Assembly (NCBI GenBank): GCA_964035545.1
Contig: OZ037767.1
Span: forward strand, 24,506,628 to 24,570,627
Direction of reading: 5' to 3'
Source: Bugula neritina
Lineage: Eukaryota; Animalia; Bryozoa
DNA: 64,000 bases
Both the position numbers and the translations under genes were made by a program. Positions 49,577 through 64,000 of the stretch are shown here, in pieces. Within the stretch, counting starts at the first letter, position 1; each line of letters starts with the position of its first letter. The notes beneath the pieces were generated by a model that saw only the letters and a list, made by a program, of their open reading frames with translations, was not told the DNA's origin and did no database searches.

Positions 49577-50288
49577 ATGGAATTTAAAAGCCAATTACTA
49601 TTACTAGTGATATTTATTTATGGAATAGCCACTCTATCTTCGGCAAACCCGTAAGTATTAAAGCAAATTATATTTTTTCAACAAAAATGTTGCTCATTGT
49701 CAATTATATATGTATGTCAGTATTGCATGCAAAAATGATGGTGTTTACTTTTTAAAAGAGCAAACAATCACTAGCAAGATTCTTTTAACTATAACATTAC
49801 ATTATATGATGTTTTTCTTACAAAGTTGCATATAAATTCCATCATTTCTTTCAATTCCTACTATTTTACAGAATAATCAAAGATGAAATAGATTTAATCT
49901 TAGAAGAACTAGAACTAGAAAAACTTAGCCGTGCAATACTCAACCACAGCTACCAACAATCCGAATCAGGAAACCTGCTCCAGACAGATGTTAAAAGAGT
50001 ATACAATTCCCCTCAGCATCACCCTGACTGGAAAGGGCCACCATCAAATGCAAGGTGGGTGGCAGAAATATGATGGTCAAATTTTATAATTGCTCAGAAC
50101 CTGCAATTGTTTGCTACTTTACTTACAATACATTGATAAATGCATTACAGTAAATAACTTTTGATTGAATATGAAGGCTTTTCAATGTGAGGTGGGGGGC
50201 TCAATACATGTCTGTAATATATTTTCTAAGCCACAGAATCAGAACAATTATTAAACTAACGTTTCTTGATTATTGCAGGGGTCGGTAA
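49577..50288 (+). CDS. Secreted prepropeptide B, 88 aa; predicted mature peptide VYNSPQHHPDWKGPPSNAR-amide
   Basis: Exons 49577-49650, 49872-50054, 50279-50288 give MEFKSQLLLLVIFIYGIATLSSANPIIKDEIDLILEELELEKLSRAILNHSYQQSESGNLLQTDVKRVYNSPQHHPDWKGPPSNARGR*. KR site and G-R terminus; exon 2 is 183 nt in both copies. Not in the ORF track. Confidence 0.85.
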
Positions 50289-52012
50289 ACACAAGTATTT
50301 AAAGTGGGACAAGACACAAGTAAAGCTATCTCCGTCCCTAACCTTGTGCTGGATAATCTCAGTGTGTCTTCAAAGCTAACAACAATCTAGTCAGCCACTT
50401 TCAGTTAAAGTACCATACGTTAGTCTATCACAGTGACCCTTCCTACCCTAACTACATGGCCAGTGTATTCAGGAAAACTATACAGCCTCATATCACATTA
50501 CTAGTGGCTAACCTTGGCTGAATGGCAGAGTGTTTTACCATGTATTTAACTCTCAATTATGTTACTCAGTAATTTATTAGTGAATCTTCTATCTCAGATC
50601 ATTATGTTGATATTTCCATTCATAATATTGTTATACTAAGTTAACTCTTTGAGTTTGCAACTGAATCTCTACCCTTACAACTCTGACATGCAATTCTATG
50701 AGAATACATTATTCAGTTATTTTATATCATGACTATTTATATTTTTTGTGTTTGGTATAATATATTTATTAAATAACATTATTGTATTACAACATGATGT
50801 TATCACTTTTGTGATTGGGTCACATTCCAGAGGTGCTCAAAGTTTGCTTGAATTTTTGTGAAATATAATTTCAAAAAGTTGAACTTCCAGTATTGATATT
50901 AATTTCGTCTAAAAACATAGCGTATTGGAAATCATTATTAGCAGTGTTTATTTATCATAAAATAATTATCTAAGTTGTTAGAATCACTGAAGATAATTCA
51001 AAATCAATATATATATCTTTTTCATATCTCCTTTAATTAAAACCCCTCCATCTTCTTTTGTGTCTTCTAGTAAGGTGAAACGCTTTGTAAATAATATTCT
51101 TGTATGCATAACTCAGCAATCAATAATATCAGTGTTACGACAATGTGGATAAGTCATGATATAATGACCTCAAAGCAAAAAGTGGGCTACTACAGTAAAC
51201 CAACTACTTCTACACTATACACAACACTATTGCATATACTTCCACTGCAATTAACACGCATTCTAAAAAGGTGAAAAAGTATACATGGCTCATACCTTCT
51301 TTCATTCAAAAGTATAGCGAAAAAAATGCTTTATATATTAAGATGTAATATTTAGGTCAAACTTTTTTTATGTGACACCAGGTTCTTTATCAAAAATTGC
51401 TTTCTGTAAGATTATTTACTATCTTTGCATAATATACATAGTGTACTACGAGTATATACAAGATGTGCATAGAAGATTTCCCACAGCTAGTTTATACATA
51501 CATGATTATAACAGATACAATGTTTCAAATATCAAAAAGATGATGGCCAATGATAGGCGGGTGATCCAGCTATACATAATGCATAGCTGAGTGTTAGGCA
51601 ATGGGAGTTGCATAAACCCTAGTGTGCTAATTAAAATTCTTAGGCTGGGAATAAAGCCTGCACCAGAGTTCTCCCAAGAGACAGAGAATACTAGCTGGTA
51701 GTCTAGTTTACTTGTAGTTGATGGAAGTTGACCTTTTAGTGTTACAACCGCCTGCTTCTCCTTCAGATTAGGCAGTGAAGTAAGAGTATAATCTCAAGCC
51801 AGTCAAAAGTAATGTCTGGGAGTTGGGAGTTTTTCTAAGGATTCATTTTTTGATTACTCTAATATTAATAGCGTGTAGAGATGCCAATGTTCCAAAAACT
51901 AGTTAATATTATGTGCAGAGAAACTAACTAGTCTCAGCCTACAGATAGCTCAAGGTTTTAATTTACAGCAGTTATTTCACTTTAAACTTGGAGCTTGCCT
52001 AGCACAGAGAAT

Positions 52013-52161
<149 letters not shown>

Positions 52162-53334
52162 AGAGAGAAAGTGGCTTATTGTGTAACAGTGTTTTCCTAA
52201 ATTACAGGAATATCTTTCTCCATTTGCTTTTCACATTATAATATATAAAATGCATTAAACAAGGTAAAAAGTAGTATTATGTATCAGGTTTTCATTGTAG
52301 AATTTAGTGTAGCAGTTTACTGCCTAAACTAGAATTAATTTTATTAGCCCTAAACTACTAGTTTTATTTATATTCATTATATATTGGAGAAGCAATGGCC
52401 TAGGATTTAGCAACTTCATTTGTGATGAGCTACAATAGCTCACTATGTTTTTTTAGGTGCATGACATACCAGCCACTATTTAAAGTTTAAACTGTTTACA
52501 AAGTTGCTAACAAGTATAACAGTGATCCTGGTGATGTCCATTAATAATTAATTGTTCATGTAGACTTAAATTTTGAGCAGTCAAACTATTTTTCAAAATT
52601 CAATTGTTATAATTCTAGACTCAGAACTTAAAATAAAATATATGAAGTAGTAGTGAAACCCTCCATTAAACCTGGTGTTACTTTTTAGAGCTTCAAATAG
52701 TAGATTTATTAGTTTTCGAAATGGAAACAATGCGATTTTCATAGGAAAGAGTGGGTGTTACACAATGTTATGTACATGGATGCATAGCTACAGACAATAG
52801 TGTTACGAGGAATAATGCATTGGAATGTCACAGGTCAACGAGCATTAATATTTGTATTTTAATAATACTATACTTGTATCATGGTTACCAAGAATAAATT
52901 CCTTATCATTGTTGTCATTTATTGTTTAAAAAGAACCAAATTGGAAAATTTCACCTAAAAACCTTCATGCCAATTAGTTACTATAACCGTTGAGCAAATA
53001 ACTATAATGGAAGTTTGCAAATCAAATGCTTTCATTTTCAAAACAATAACATGACAGCGAGTTTGTATTTTTACGAAACAATGATTTTGAAAAAGAGGCT
53101 GTAGAAATATAGAAAAATAGAAACACACTTGTTATTTATGATCTATGCACAATCTTTGTAAAATACTAATAATAATATAAAAGACTGTTAAAAAGACTAA
53201 CAATAGACATGCATTTAATATCAGATTGAGCAGCTAGAAAAAGTTGATACAAAAATAAGTGAAACTCGTTGCTTTTACCCATTTAAAAATGTTCGCAACA
53301 AAAAACTCTTCGTTTTAACCATCGGTCCACCATT

Positions 53335-56300
53335 TTACAGGATGGTGCAACAGCTGGACTCTTGGGTAAACACTACTGGCGGAGGACAACCAATAACCTG
53401 TAGGGGTGGCTCTTGACACGCCCCATTTAGATAAAGTCTAAAACATCACAAAACATACAAATTATCAAAACCTTTTGGTAAAACTTAGTGTTTAGTATAA
53501 TTGTGACAGAATTATTCTATCGGAATTACCTGATGCCAGACACGAATTGATTTGCCGACACATTATGTGACATGCTGCCTTCATCTAATGGTAGTTTACT
53601 GTAGAGGTTAGTGGGTATAGTCACACTCTCTGCACAGAGAATGTTCTTTTCTGGATAAATATACAAATACATAACATATAATACAGAATATATATATTAC
53701 AGAACATATAATATAATACAGTAAATCTTCTTTGTAAGTTTTGATATCTCTCCTAGTTAGTAAATAAATGCAGTTGTAACAGTCTCATTATGCTGTCATA
53801 TATTCATACATAATAATATATTGTATGATTAGATATGATAATTATCAGCATGCGTTTGGGATGACCATTATATAGATTATAAACAATACACCCTAATACT
53901 ATCTATACTATAGTATTATGCACAATACTAATTTCCAAACATCATACTATGTATCACACACAGTACTCGAACTACCTTCAATTTCTTTGTAGATATATTA
54001 TACTTTGAGATGCAAAACTACAAGCATGTCTGACCACCAAATGAAAAGAAATTTTCACAAATTTTAAATGCAGTCAAGAACTGTATAAAATTACAATCTT
54101 TAGTTCTCGTAAGCATTTGCACCTGAGACAGCTTGGAGACATAAATTAACACAATATTCAGTGCTCAAAACTATCATAGGCGTTCAAATTATTCTAAGGG
54201 AGGTAGGCTAATTTATTTGATTTATGGGTAAAATTAGCCTTCATCACATTTTATTTTAGCTCCGTTTAAAATAAATCTTCATTTAGCTACATACAATACG
54301 GTTTCAGTGTTGCAAATTCCAACACAGTGCAGTGGAAGTCGGTATGATATCAGACGTTAGTAAGTTGCACAATATGCAATAATGCTAAACAAAAACATGT
54401 AAACAACAAATTGTAACGGCTAAATATCTCTTCTATTTTCTGCCTTTCAGTCTGATGACATCATAGCTTTAACTTGTTACTTCACCAGAATTATTGCGAC
54501 AATAAAGTTAATATACATGAAAGCTCTCAGTTGCAGAGGAATCAGTTTCGTAATTATGCAGCAACAGGGCAAAATATGATACACACTATTTGTGAATTCT
54601 TCAGTGACATTGCATCAATGCTAACCATGCAACTAGTACAACACTGTAAGGCAGTAATGATTCTTCTAGAAATATTGAGCAGAGTTGATATGCAGATAAC
54701 TTCGGCTAAAGATGAAAAGGTAGAGAGTGTCATAAAAATATGACATCACCAATAACTTTACATCTTTCATCATTCAACGTAATGTAAAATATCAATAATC
54801 AATATTCAAGTCAAGATCGAGACTAAAGAACTTACGAATTTCATAACATTGATAATAAGCAATGACAGGCAAGTTTTAACCAATAATAACACTTATTGTG
54901 TACATTATGAACACCCAGACAATGAAATCTCAATAATAGGGTATAAATTTCTATAAATAAATTACATACAATAAAAAATTGAGCACAAAAGTTAATTAAG
55001 CAGCTTAACACTGCCATTGCGCAATGCTTCCTGTGAATGAAATTGAGTGCACAATATTGTTCAAATAGAGGAGCACATGGCAATACTTGTGTACTTATAT
55101 AAGAGCTTGCATAATCACAAAAGAGATCATACATACAAATGTAGATGCAAAAGTTTTGCTATATTACATGGATATTTTATAGCATTTACATATGTAATAT
55201 AAACTTATATGAGTACATATTTACTTATAATATTTACTATAGATGTTAAGAAAGAAGAAACTTATTTTAACAAAATACAAAATATTTTAGACACTAAAAC
55301 CTACCAGAGAAAGGAAGAATGGCTTCGTTGTAGTTTACCCATCTGTCCAATCTCATAAGATTATCAACTGGGTTTTCATACTGCAAACACAAGAGATTAC
55401 AAACTAAGCAAATGACTTTTAATTTAGGTTTCAAAGCTACATGTTCCTAAACATAATTTTTTTATGTACTATACAACAGTTTTAAAAGTTTATAACACAT
55501 CTACTTCATACATTTTCATATAACAATTTGCATAAATATAAAAAATAAAATGCAATCATAATAGACCATGGTAACCACGGTTACATTCTAATTGATTTTT
55601 TACAAACCGTTTGTGGTGTGAGTCTGTAAGGAGCAAATGTCCTTGAAAGCAAACACTGAGAGGCTTGTGCTGAGGCACCCTCTTCCAACACATAGTAGAC
55701 TCTGAGAAACATGGCTTTCTTGTTGCCATACATGGAGGAGAATATGCGAGAGGACACCATCTGGTTCAGGTGAGAGTGGACCACCGGGCGGCTGTTCATT
55801 CCTGCAAATGTTGGTAACTTTATAGACACAGATTCATTCAAACACGGCAGAAGGATTATCAATGCTGACAGAAATGAAAGCGATGGTAAAATGTTGTTCT
55901 TAGGACAGGATTTGGTAATCATACCCAAAGGTAAATCACATTAAAACCTCAATTTTATCTTTAATTATATCTAGCTTTTTTTAAATTCATGTAATACAAA
56001 ATAAAGACAATACTGGGCATATATTGATACAGTCCAACTAATTCTGAGCTTGCAAGAAAATTTGAGCTTGCAAGGAAATTATTGAATAATATTCGTATAT
56101 ATTTTTGGAATATGTTGTTTTTACAAAATAATACATTTGTTTAAAATCTTGAATTTTTTGGCAGTCACAAACCCTAACATTTACTTCATCTGTTTGACCT
56201 GTGGAGTATTTTTTGTAAACATGCTAATTAGCAATAATTATAATTTATATAATTTGTGTCCAAAGGGGTGTTTAAACAGAATATAACTGATTGTAAAATG

Positions 56301-59300
56301 ATGAAATTCTTTACCAAGATTACTAATGCATCTATATTTGACATTAGGGCATTAATATGTTAAACTTTTCTGAACGAAAAACGTGATGCTAAACGCAAAG
56401 CATAGGAATATATCAGCATAATGTGACGTGAGAAGGGATTATGGGACTGCTTACGGCAATGGCAAATGTCACACGCACCAAAATCAAACATTAAAAACCA
56501 GCATAGCACTATTTGTTAGTTTACAAAAATAAATTTAGGATCTACACCAAAAAAATCTGATTTAGCACATACTATAGACATGCTGCAGATAAGTTAATTA
56601 TTCTGCTACAATCTACTAGCTGTACATCTTCAAGAAAAACAATGCTAAATTTATGTGTTATTAATTCCCTTGGCAACTGCATACAACAACACTAATGACG
56701 GCAAAGTGGGCTGTCTAGCTAGTCTCATTGATTTGCTGACTGCATCAATTTGACAGAGTTTAGATTGCCAGGGCAGCTACACAGGCTGACTCACGTGGAA
56801 AAGGAGGATCCATCATCACACTAGCCTCCATACTCTGTATGTTAGTCACTCTCTTATCCTGAAATTCACACAATTTATGCTAAAAATCTTGATGTAGTAT
56901 CGCTGACTTAAAGTGCACATGGTGAGATCTAAATATAAACCAAATGTGACCACTTTGTTTTAATCCCTAGATGTTAATAAATAACCACCTACGACAATTC
57001 GTCACGGTTTCTATCTAACTGTCCCACGACATTTGCCATGACGTGGGTGATAGAAAACAACAACATCCAAATCTGTTACTATGAAAACACAAATTATTGA
57101 TGATTGAAGGGAGATAGACTAAGTACCTGCTGGGACTGGACCCACTGGGAAACTTTGTAAAAAGTGTCCGGAAATGAGGCAAATTTGGGTGCTTGCGGAT
57201 TCCCAGGGTTTACCATCATTGTAGGGATGAAATCCTTCCATCCTAAAATGAATGTGTCTGTGTGAAGTGTATAACAGGTGTTTGTATTACCATAACGTTT
57301 TCATAAATTATTCTCTTTTACCAAATTCAAACTAGGTGAACTTTGTTATAACCGTAAAGTAACTGCATGCACGAAAATTTATAGTAAAACATGAATGCAC
57401 CAAAAAAGCAGTACAACTTGTCTCAAGGGTCAAGGGGTCAGCCGTTAAACTGGCCATTAGGAGGCTTGGGAGCTTAGACTATACATCATGGAATATGATA
57501 TTGTACTACACATAGCCTAATCTGTTGCACTAAAGACAGTATATAGGTAAATAACAGTGAGCTAACATAGTATCATACTCTACTACACTATAGCCTAATA
57601 AATCACACTGCATTGCATTCTATTACGTTGTATTACAGAGGTTATATAATGACAACACAATATATGTGTAGTGAAAACAGTGCCCAAGATTCACCCATAA
57701 ATGCTGGTAAAGTATTTTTGCTAAATGACAAACTACTAGTTATTTTTACCTGTTATTATTTTCACTTTGACATTTACCTAAACTAACAGGTTGATTCACC
57801 TAGATATATATTGAGCTCTAAACAGTGTGATATGTGGCTACTAGAGTCATGACTTAATAAATTAATTATAAGTATTATTACACTCTGCTATGGGGATATG
57901 GGAATAGATGAACTATAACAGACACTTGGTGCATATATCTACATATAATTATGTGTGAACAATATTTTACAAACATTGTAAACAACTTTTATAATATTTT
58001 TTCCAGCCTGTTGATTATATAAATTAGCCTTCACTACATATTTCTAGACTCAAGAATTTATAAACATAATGATCACCAAGTAAACTAAAATACGTAGAAA
58101 AAGAGTGTTTTGACCAAATAATTTGTTAAACACTTAGAAAGGCTATTAAATTGAAAAAAACCTCAACTAAAGGTAATTTTTTTGTATAGTGTATCTTCAG
58201 ATTTTACTTGTTATGATATAAAACTTTATTATTTCAAAAAGACAAAGAATTATGAAAAACTATTACTTATTTTATTATTGCATTCTAGCAGCCAAGCGAT
58301 GTATCTACCAGCAAACCAAAGAGGGTGAATCACATAACCTATGATTAGAGAAGAGAAGATAACTTAGGAATTCACACGAATAATTTAACCTTTTGTTCAT
58401 TAAAGGTTGGAGGAGCATTGGAAGCTTTTCCATTTTACAACCAACCATGTATATCACTACTTTTTCATTAGGTATGTGACTGAATTTTCATTCCAGAGAC
58501 AGTTGCATCGAATATAACCGCAACCATAAGTTGCATCCAATCTGCATAATGCTGAGCAATAGAAGCACAGTGTATAGCTCATGTGCATATATCTCAATAA
58601 AACAGCAGTCTGCTATAATTATTGGCTATACATGTAGATTTCTACCCCTCTACAGTTATGGCAATATAACAACAATAATGAGCAGCTGGTATGTAATGAT
58701 TGGTGGACTAATGGAATAAAAAGAACTATACCTATTTTATTTTTATGTTACCCAAAAATCAACTATAGTAACAACACCATTCTAACCGCACCCCTTTAAG
58801 TGTATGTTTCTTTTAATCGAAATTCTGAATTATTTTAGAGTTGGAAATTAAATTAAAGCACCAAGTTAATCCCATTTCTTCTCAGATATTACTCAACATG
58901 CAGCTAAAACTGTTGTGACTACAAAAAAATTATTCTCAGCATTGGTTAGCAACCTGATCTCTATTGCAAAAGAATTTCGGCAACAAAATAACTGTTTGTA
59001 CACTTGCACAGTTGAAAAATTTGTATGCCTTACAAATTAAATTTCAAATTCATTGCATCTGGAAACCATTAAGAGACTGAAAAAGGTCACTATTTTATGT
59101 CAGGGTAGGGTAAAAAATCATGATTTAAAATTTAAAATTGACGATATCAAAATAAATTCAATATAACCAGAATAAACATAGCCTATTTGTAATACATAGT
59201 CAATTATAATATGTAGCTTTATCAAGCAAAAAACAAAGGCTATAGCAAATTTAATATGGCGCGGGTGTGTTTTTCCACTGTGGAATATTGCATAAGTATT

Positions 59301-62300
59301 TGTCATCAAGTACTTGGCTTTATGCCCACGGGACTAGACTATAGCTACCTGGAGAGAAGTAACTAGAATAAATACCAACTGCGGCTCCATTATGCATCGC
59401 AGAAAAATATCACAAAACATCAAGCAAAAATTTGCTTTTCAAAACCAAAGCTTTCAACATTCATAAAGTTTTAAGACTTAATTGACCCACCTATAACTAA
59501 TCAATATTAGCAATGACTTGTTTCAATACCTAACAGAAACAGATAATTAAAAGTCAGAAAAATATTTTGTTGTTTACCACTTTATTTATATAAATACTTA
59601 TATTTCGAATACCACTGTATATATCTTCAGAGTTAATTGACTTTGAAGATAGATACAGTGGTGTCCGAAAGATAAGTTTACTTTGTTTATTAAAGCTAAA
59701 ATGGAGCAGTAAACGAAAACATCCTCTCCTTTATTTATTTTTAATGAAGTATTACTATCCCTCAGGATATATCAAAACGGATAACTCCATTTTATTCCAT
59801 GAATGACTACATTTAGCCTACAAAATTCCTATATTTTTCTAAATTTAAAAATTATTTCAAAGAATTGAAATTACTTTGTTTATAATTTAGTTTGAGCAAA
59901 CTTGGTAATGCACTTAAGCTTTGTAAATTTGTTATGTGATGGTGAGTGTACCCATCTTTTATTATGTTGAAATATTTCATAGAATTTGGGTCAATAACGT
60001 CTACTAATAGTCAAATGTCGGCCATGACGCTCAAGTTATTGAGTGGCTACAAGAGTAGGCATAGAAACTGTGAATCAATAGCATTTCCTGTCGTGTCCCA
60101 CAGAGAAAAGACTATGCCCACCATGTTGAATGTGGCCAGAGTTCTGACATAATTATTGAAGAAATTTAAAGCCACATTGATTACTGGTTGAGATGATTGT
60201 CTCCAATGGCGTATCATTTTACTTCAACATATATAATCAAATGTTATTTTAACATAAATTTCACTTACAATACTGCAAAGTGTTTAATAACTGCCCCATA
60301 AAGGACCGATGAGAACATATGAAGGGCCAGGAGATAAAATAAATTTAATGTCAGTTATGACTTTTGCAAAGTTACAAACCAATTAAATATATAATAATAT
60401 ATTTCAGCTAGAATCAAGTTCTATGAATCAACAATTAGAAACCTAAACCAGAATAAATAGCATGTTAGTAATAAGCTCGTTAAATAATAACCTTTTAAGA
60501 TATTACATCAGAAATGGAGTGTCTAACAGTAACAGAATAAGTAGTTTTCTACTGCATTTGAAAACCGCCCATGATTAGACTTTGTAAGCTTTATCCATTT
60601 AAAGTTAATATTATAATGAAAAACATGAGCAGGAGTTTACTGCCCTTCAGACCAAAGAAAGACGATTCTTAACTGCGCATCATTCACTATAATGTATAAA
60701 AATAACCCAATTTTAAACTACTAAATCTGAACAGTAGATCTTACAGCTTCTAGTAATGCATTTAGGTGAAGAAACTTTTCTGGATCTACTCTCCTTAACA
60801 AGAGAACAGATTTTAAAAGATTTACACTTTGTGCAGAGGTTTGCAATAACAATAATTGTTACAAGAAATAGGTTATCAACATATAAGTACAGCCTCAAAT
60901 GACTTTAAATAGGATCAACTCTATGCAATGCCTGATAGCTTATCACTAATTACACAAAGTTCCTTCAAAGTGTAGAAATTAGAATCAGTGCCTCACCTAT
61001 CTGCTGATTGGTCGATTCTCCTTCAAGATAAAGTATCCTGGTGTAATAGACAAAGCAGGTGGTCACCATCTCACCTTCTGTCCAGTAGAGCGTATCAGGG
61101 TCAAGGTTAGTTATCATAGACATGGAGTCTGTTACTTTCTTTTTAATGCTTTCTACTCTCAATATTTTACCTGCATATAGCATAGACATTATAATGTATC
61201 GCATATAGCATAGACATTATACTGTATAGCATAGCTTATAGTGCACAACACTGTATAGCACAGTTTAAAGACATTATATACTGTAATATATAGTTTATAG
61301 AGCAATATTGGCTAAAATTATATTACAAATCTCGTAATTTTTTCAATATCTCTACAATATTATTTGGTTACTAGCTATGAGGCATCAATTAGTGGCTAAA
61401 GCTGTCAACTTGTAACATTATTTTGCATCACGAGGTTAGACAATGGCCATTATACACCCTGACTACTGCAGCAGGACAGAAAGCTGTGTCATATTTATTA
61501 ACTGGTAGAGTTATAATTTGGTTACTTCCTTTAGAGGAAAATATGTTTAGATCCCACTTTCTTTTTATACTTTGCACAACGTTGGACAAATTATAGTTTT
61601 TAGAAAGGTTTTCAATCTTATTCAGTTATGTGGTCTTAGATAGCAGTTAAGGGCCAGACGGCTAATTTAATTATAGCCTTTATAAATACCTCAGAGATAG
61701 AGGAATATCTTAGAAAATGTTGGTTATTTACTACGGCAAGCATAACAGTCTAATCTTAAATTCAAAAGACCAGCCTTACATTGAGTAGCTTTATTGCTAA
61801 CTAAAATATTTGTATTAAAAAACAATTTTACAGCAAATAGCAAATTGAAACACATTTCACAGTTTTCAAAGCCTACCTGGTAAAGGACTGTTTGCGAGAT
61901 TTTCGTTGAGTTTCTTTAAAGACTGTGATTCATCTAAAAAGCTTGGCATCTCCGGGTTGTACCCCTGGAATCCCATTCCATGCCTGCTGGTCTGAAACAG
62001 TTTCCACACTCAACGTTAAGCAGTTGATTTACAGTAATACTTCGAATAACCTACCCCTCCCCCCCCCCCCCCCGGTTAGAAACTTTGCTCAGCTTATAGT
62101 AACTAAAATGTGAGACATTTTCTATTATAGAAACTATATGTTAAAAATAGACTATAGCTATGCTAAAAATAAACTACAGTGATGAGATGACTATGTTACA
62201 ACTATTTTGCAAGTATAAGTTTGACTGAAGTTCATAGATATGTTTATTTATATTTTAAGGAAATTTATAAGAAGCAATAATCTGCACAGCCTTTGAGATA

Positions 62301-63884
62301 ATAATATATAATATATACATATTCAGCAATATGTTTATAATCTATAGGTAGAGAAGTGCATGGAGATGGCCTTTGAGCCAAAGCAACATATTTTATATAT
62401 CATGTGGAGTAACATATACAATAATGAATAATATTTAATGCTTACAGAAATTGTGATTGACAATGATTTCTTTTTTTCTGGCATATGAGCAAGAGTCTTG
62501 ATTACTTGTGGTTGTTCAGGAATCTGATCATGAACTTTCTTTATCCAACACCTGCAAATTGCATACTATACTCTCAATCATACACACAGCAGATGGTACA
62601 ATTTAGGTTTTAACATTCTCATATAGCCAGCTGTAATCCTGCATGGGTAATCACTACACAACTTAGATTTTAATATATTCCATGAGTCACGTATGAACTT
62701 TCACTTGCGTCGATAATTGTTAAATTTAACTAACCCTAAAACAGCTAACAGTGTTCCACAAATTTTTACTTAGTTACAGAGTATACAATAACAATCGTAT
62801 TAACAAATAGATTTACATGTAAGGTTGCCCCACAGTACTAGTCAAACAATTCATTACAAAATTACATAGACATTTTTACCAGGTGGCGTCATGTAGATCT
62901 AAATTCTTACAATATCTCTACTAGTGTAATAACTGGCATAACACATGCACAAAAGTTTCCTAATTATACAAGCCTTTTATGGCTAATGCAAGATAGCACA
63001 ACTCTGAAAAAATGCTTCATTTAAATTAATTGAATCAGATGAGGTAACTTAAAACTTAGCCGTTTTAAAATGTTAAACAAGAATGTAATGCCAATCTCCT
63101 AAACTCTAAAGTAGTGAACACTAACCCAAAAGTCAAACACAATTGAATATACCTCAAGATGGTAACCCAATCCCTTCCATTGTTCAAAGCAAGCCGGTGA
63201 ACACTTCGTTCTCTGCAAATATTGCCCTTCTGGACAGGCAGTGTTACAGATTCACACGATAGTAGAAGATAACTCCTGTTTACTGAAAGCCAGGAGTTTG
63301 CCTTTTCTATCAATTCTCTGTTGGAATTAAAACATACAATCATGGCAATTAAAATGGCATTAAAATGTGTCTGTGCACCATTGCTGAGTAGACACTTTTT
63401 TACAAGACAAAATTAAACCAGCAAAAATACCTCTGCAAGTTTTATTGCTCAATTTGTAAATCTTGTTACCTATTCTGATCATCATTATAACAACATACTT
63501 TTATTCAAAATTATTGTATATTGTTGCCAATTGAAAATAATAGTTGAATGTGACATAACACTGTTCATTATAACTTCTTATTATCACCATGACCTGACTT
63601 GAACCCAAAAGCCCATGGAGAGAAAAAGAAAAGCAGTGTTTAAACTTGATAAAGAAAAAATATTTCTTTGTTAACTAGCATTATCAAAATTTTTGTTCTT
63701 TAAAATCTATTATGTGATACAAAAACAGATAATCATTTCTTTTAGTATACACAATACAGAGAGACTTTTAGCTTGCTTACGGATACTTGCTGTTAAGTCC
63801 ATCAGGGCAAAAGTCCACATAAGTATATATTGGATGTGATTGAGTGCTGAATGAACCTTGTGCAGCTTGGACTCCAGAAAAAAC
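53335..63884 (-). CDS. Uncharacterised four-repeat protein, at least 445 aa, with C-terminal CaaX (CCTIL); 5' end probably beyond the window
   Basis: Minus-strand GT-AG exons 63884-63781, 63317-63153, 62551-62446, 61991-61877, 61170-60997, 57242-57127, 56858-56795, 55801-55608, 55380-55305, 53650-53530, 53437-53335 total 1338 nt and splice into one open frame ending ...VVFTQESSCCTIL*. Confidence 0.85.
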
Positions 63885-64000
63885 CTGCGATAATTGAAAA
63901 TAAAAGTTGAAAAAAGTTACAATGTAAAATGTTATATCATTGAATGTAAACTTAGAGATTTAAGCAAACTGTTTAACTGTACTTATAATTTTCATCTACT

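Overview
AT-rich, intron-containing eukaryotic DNA, probably from an invertebrate animal; the species cannot be determined from the sequence alone. Left to right: (1) an intact-looking Ty3/Gypsy LTR retrotransposon on the minus strand (5' LTR, tRNA-Leu PBS, gag, pol, -1 frameshift signal; 3' LTR outside the window) abutting a TA microsatellite; (2) two tandem 11-exon fukutin-related/LicD-family genes whose middle exons are near-identical while the rest has diverged; (3) a 5-exon ZC4H2 gene; (4) about 11 kb of mostly non-coding DNA with SINE/LINE relics; (5) two tandem 3-exon genes, almost invisible in the ORF track, encoding 87- and 88-aa secreted prepropeptides with a dibasic site, a conserved YNxPQxHPDW core and amidation-type C-termini; (6) a minus-strand gene (11 coding exons seen, 5' end probably outside the window) encoding an unrecognised four-repeat protein ending in a CaaX motif (CCTIL). 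The peptide gene pair and the four-repeat protein are the best candidates for undescribed biology. All gene models were spliced by hand and checked for phase; no database search was possible.
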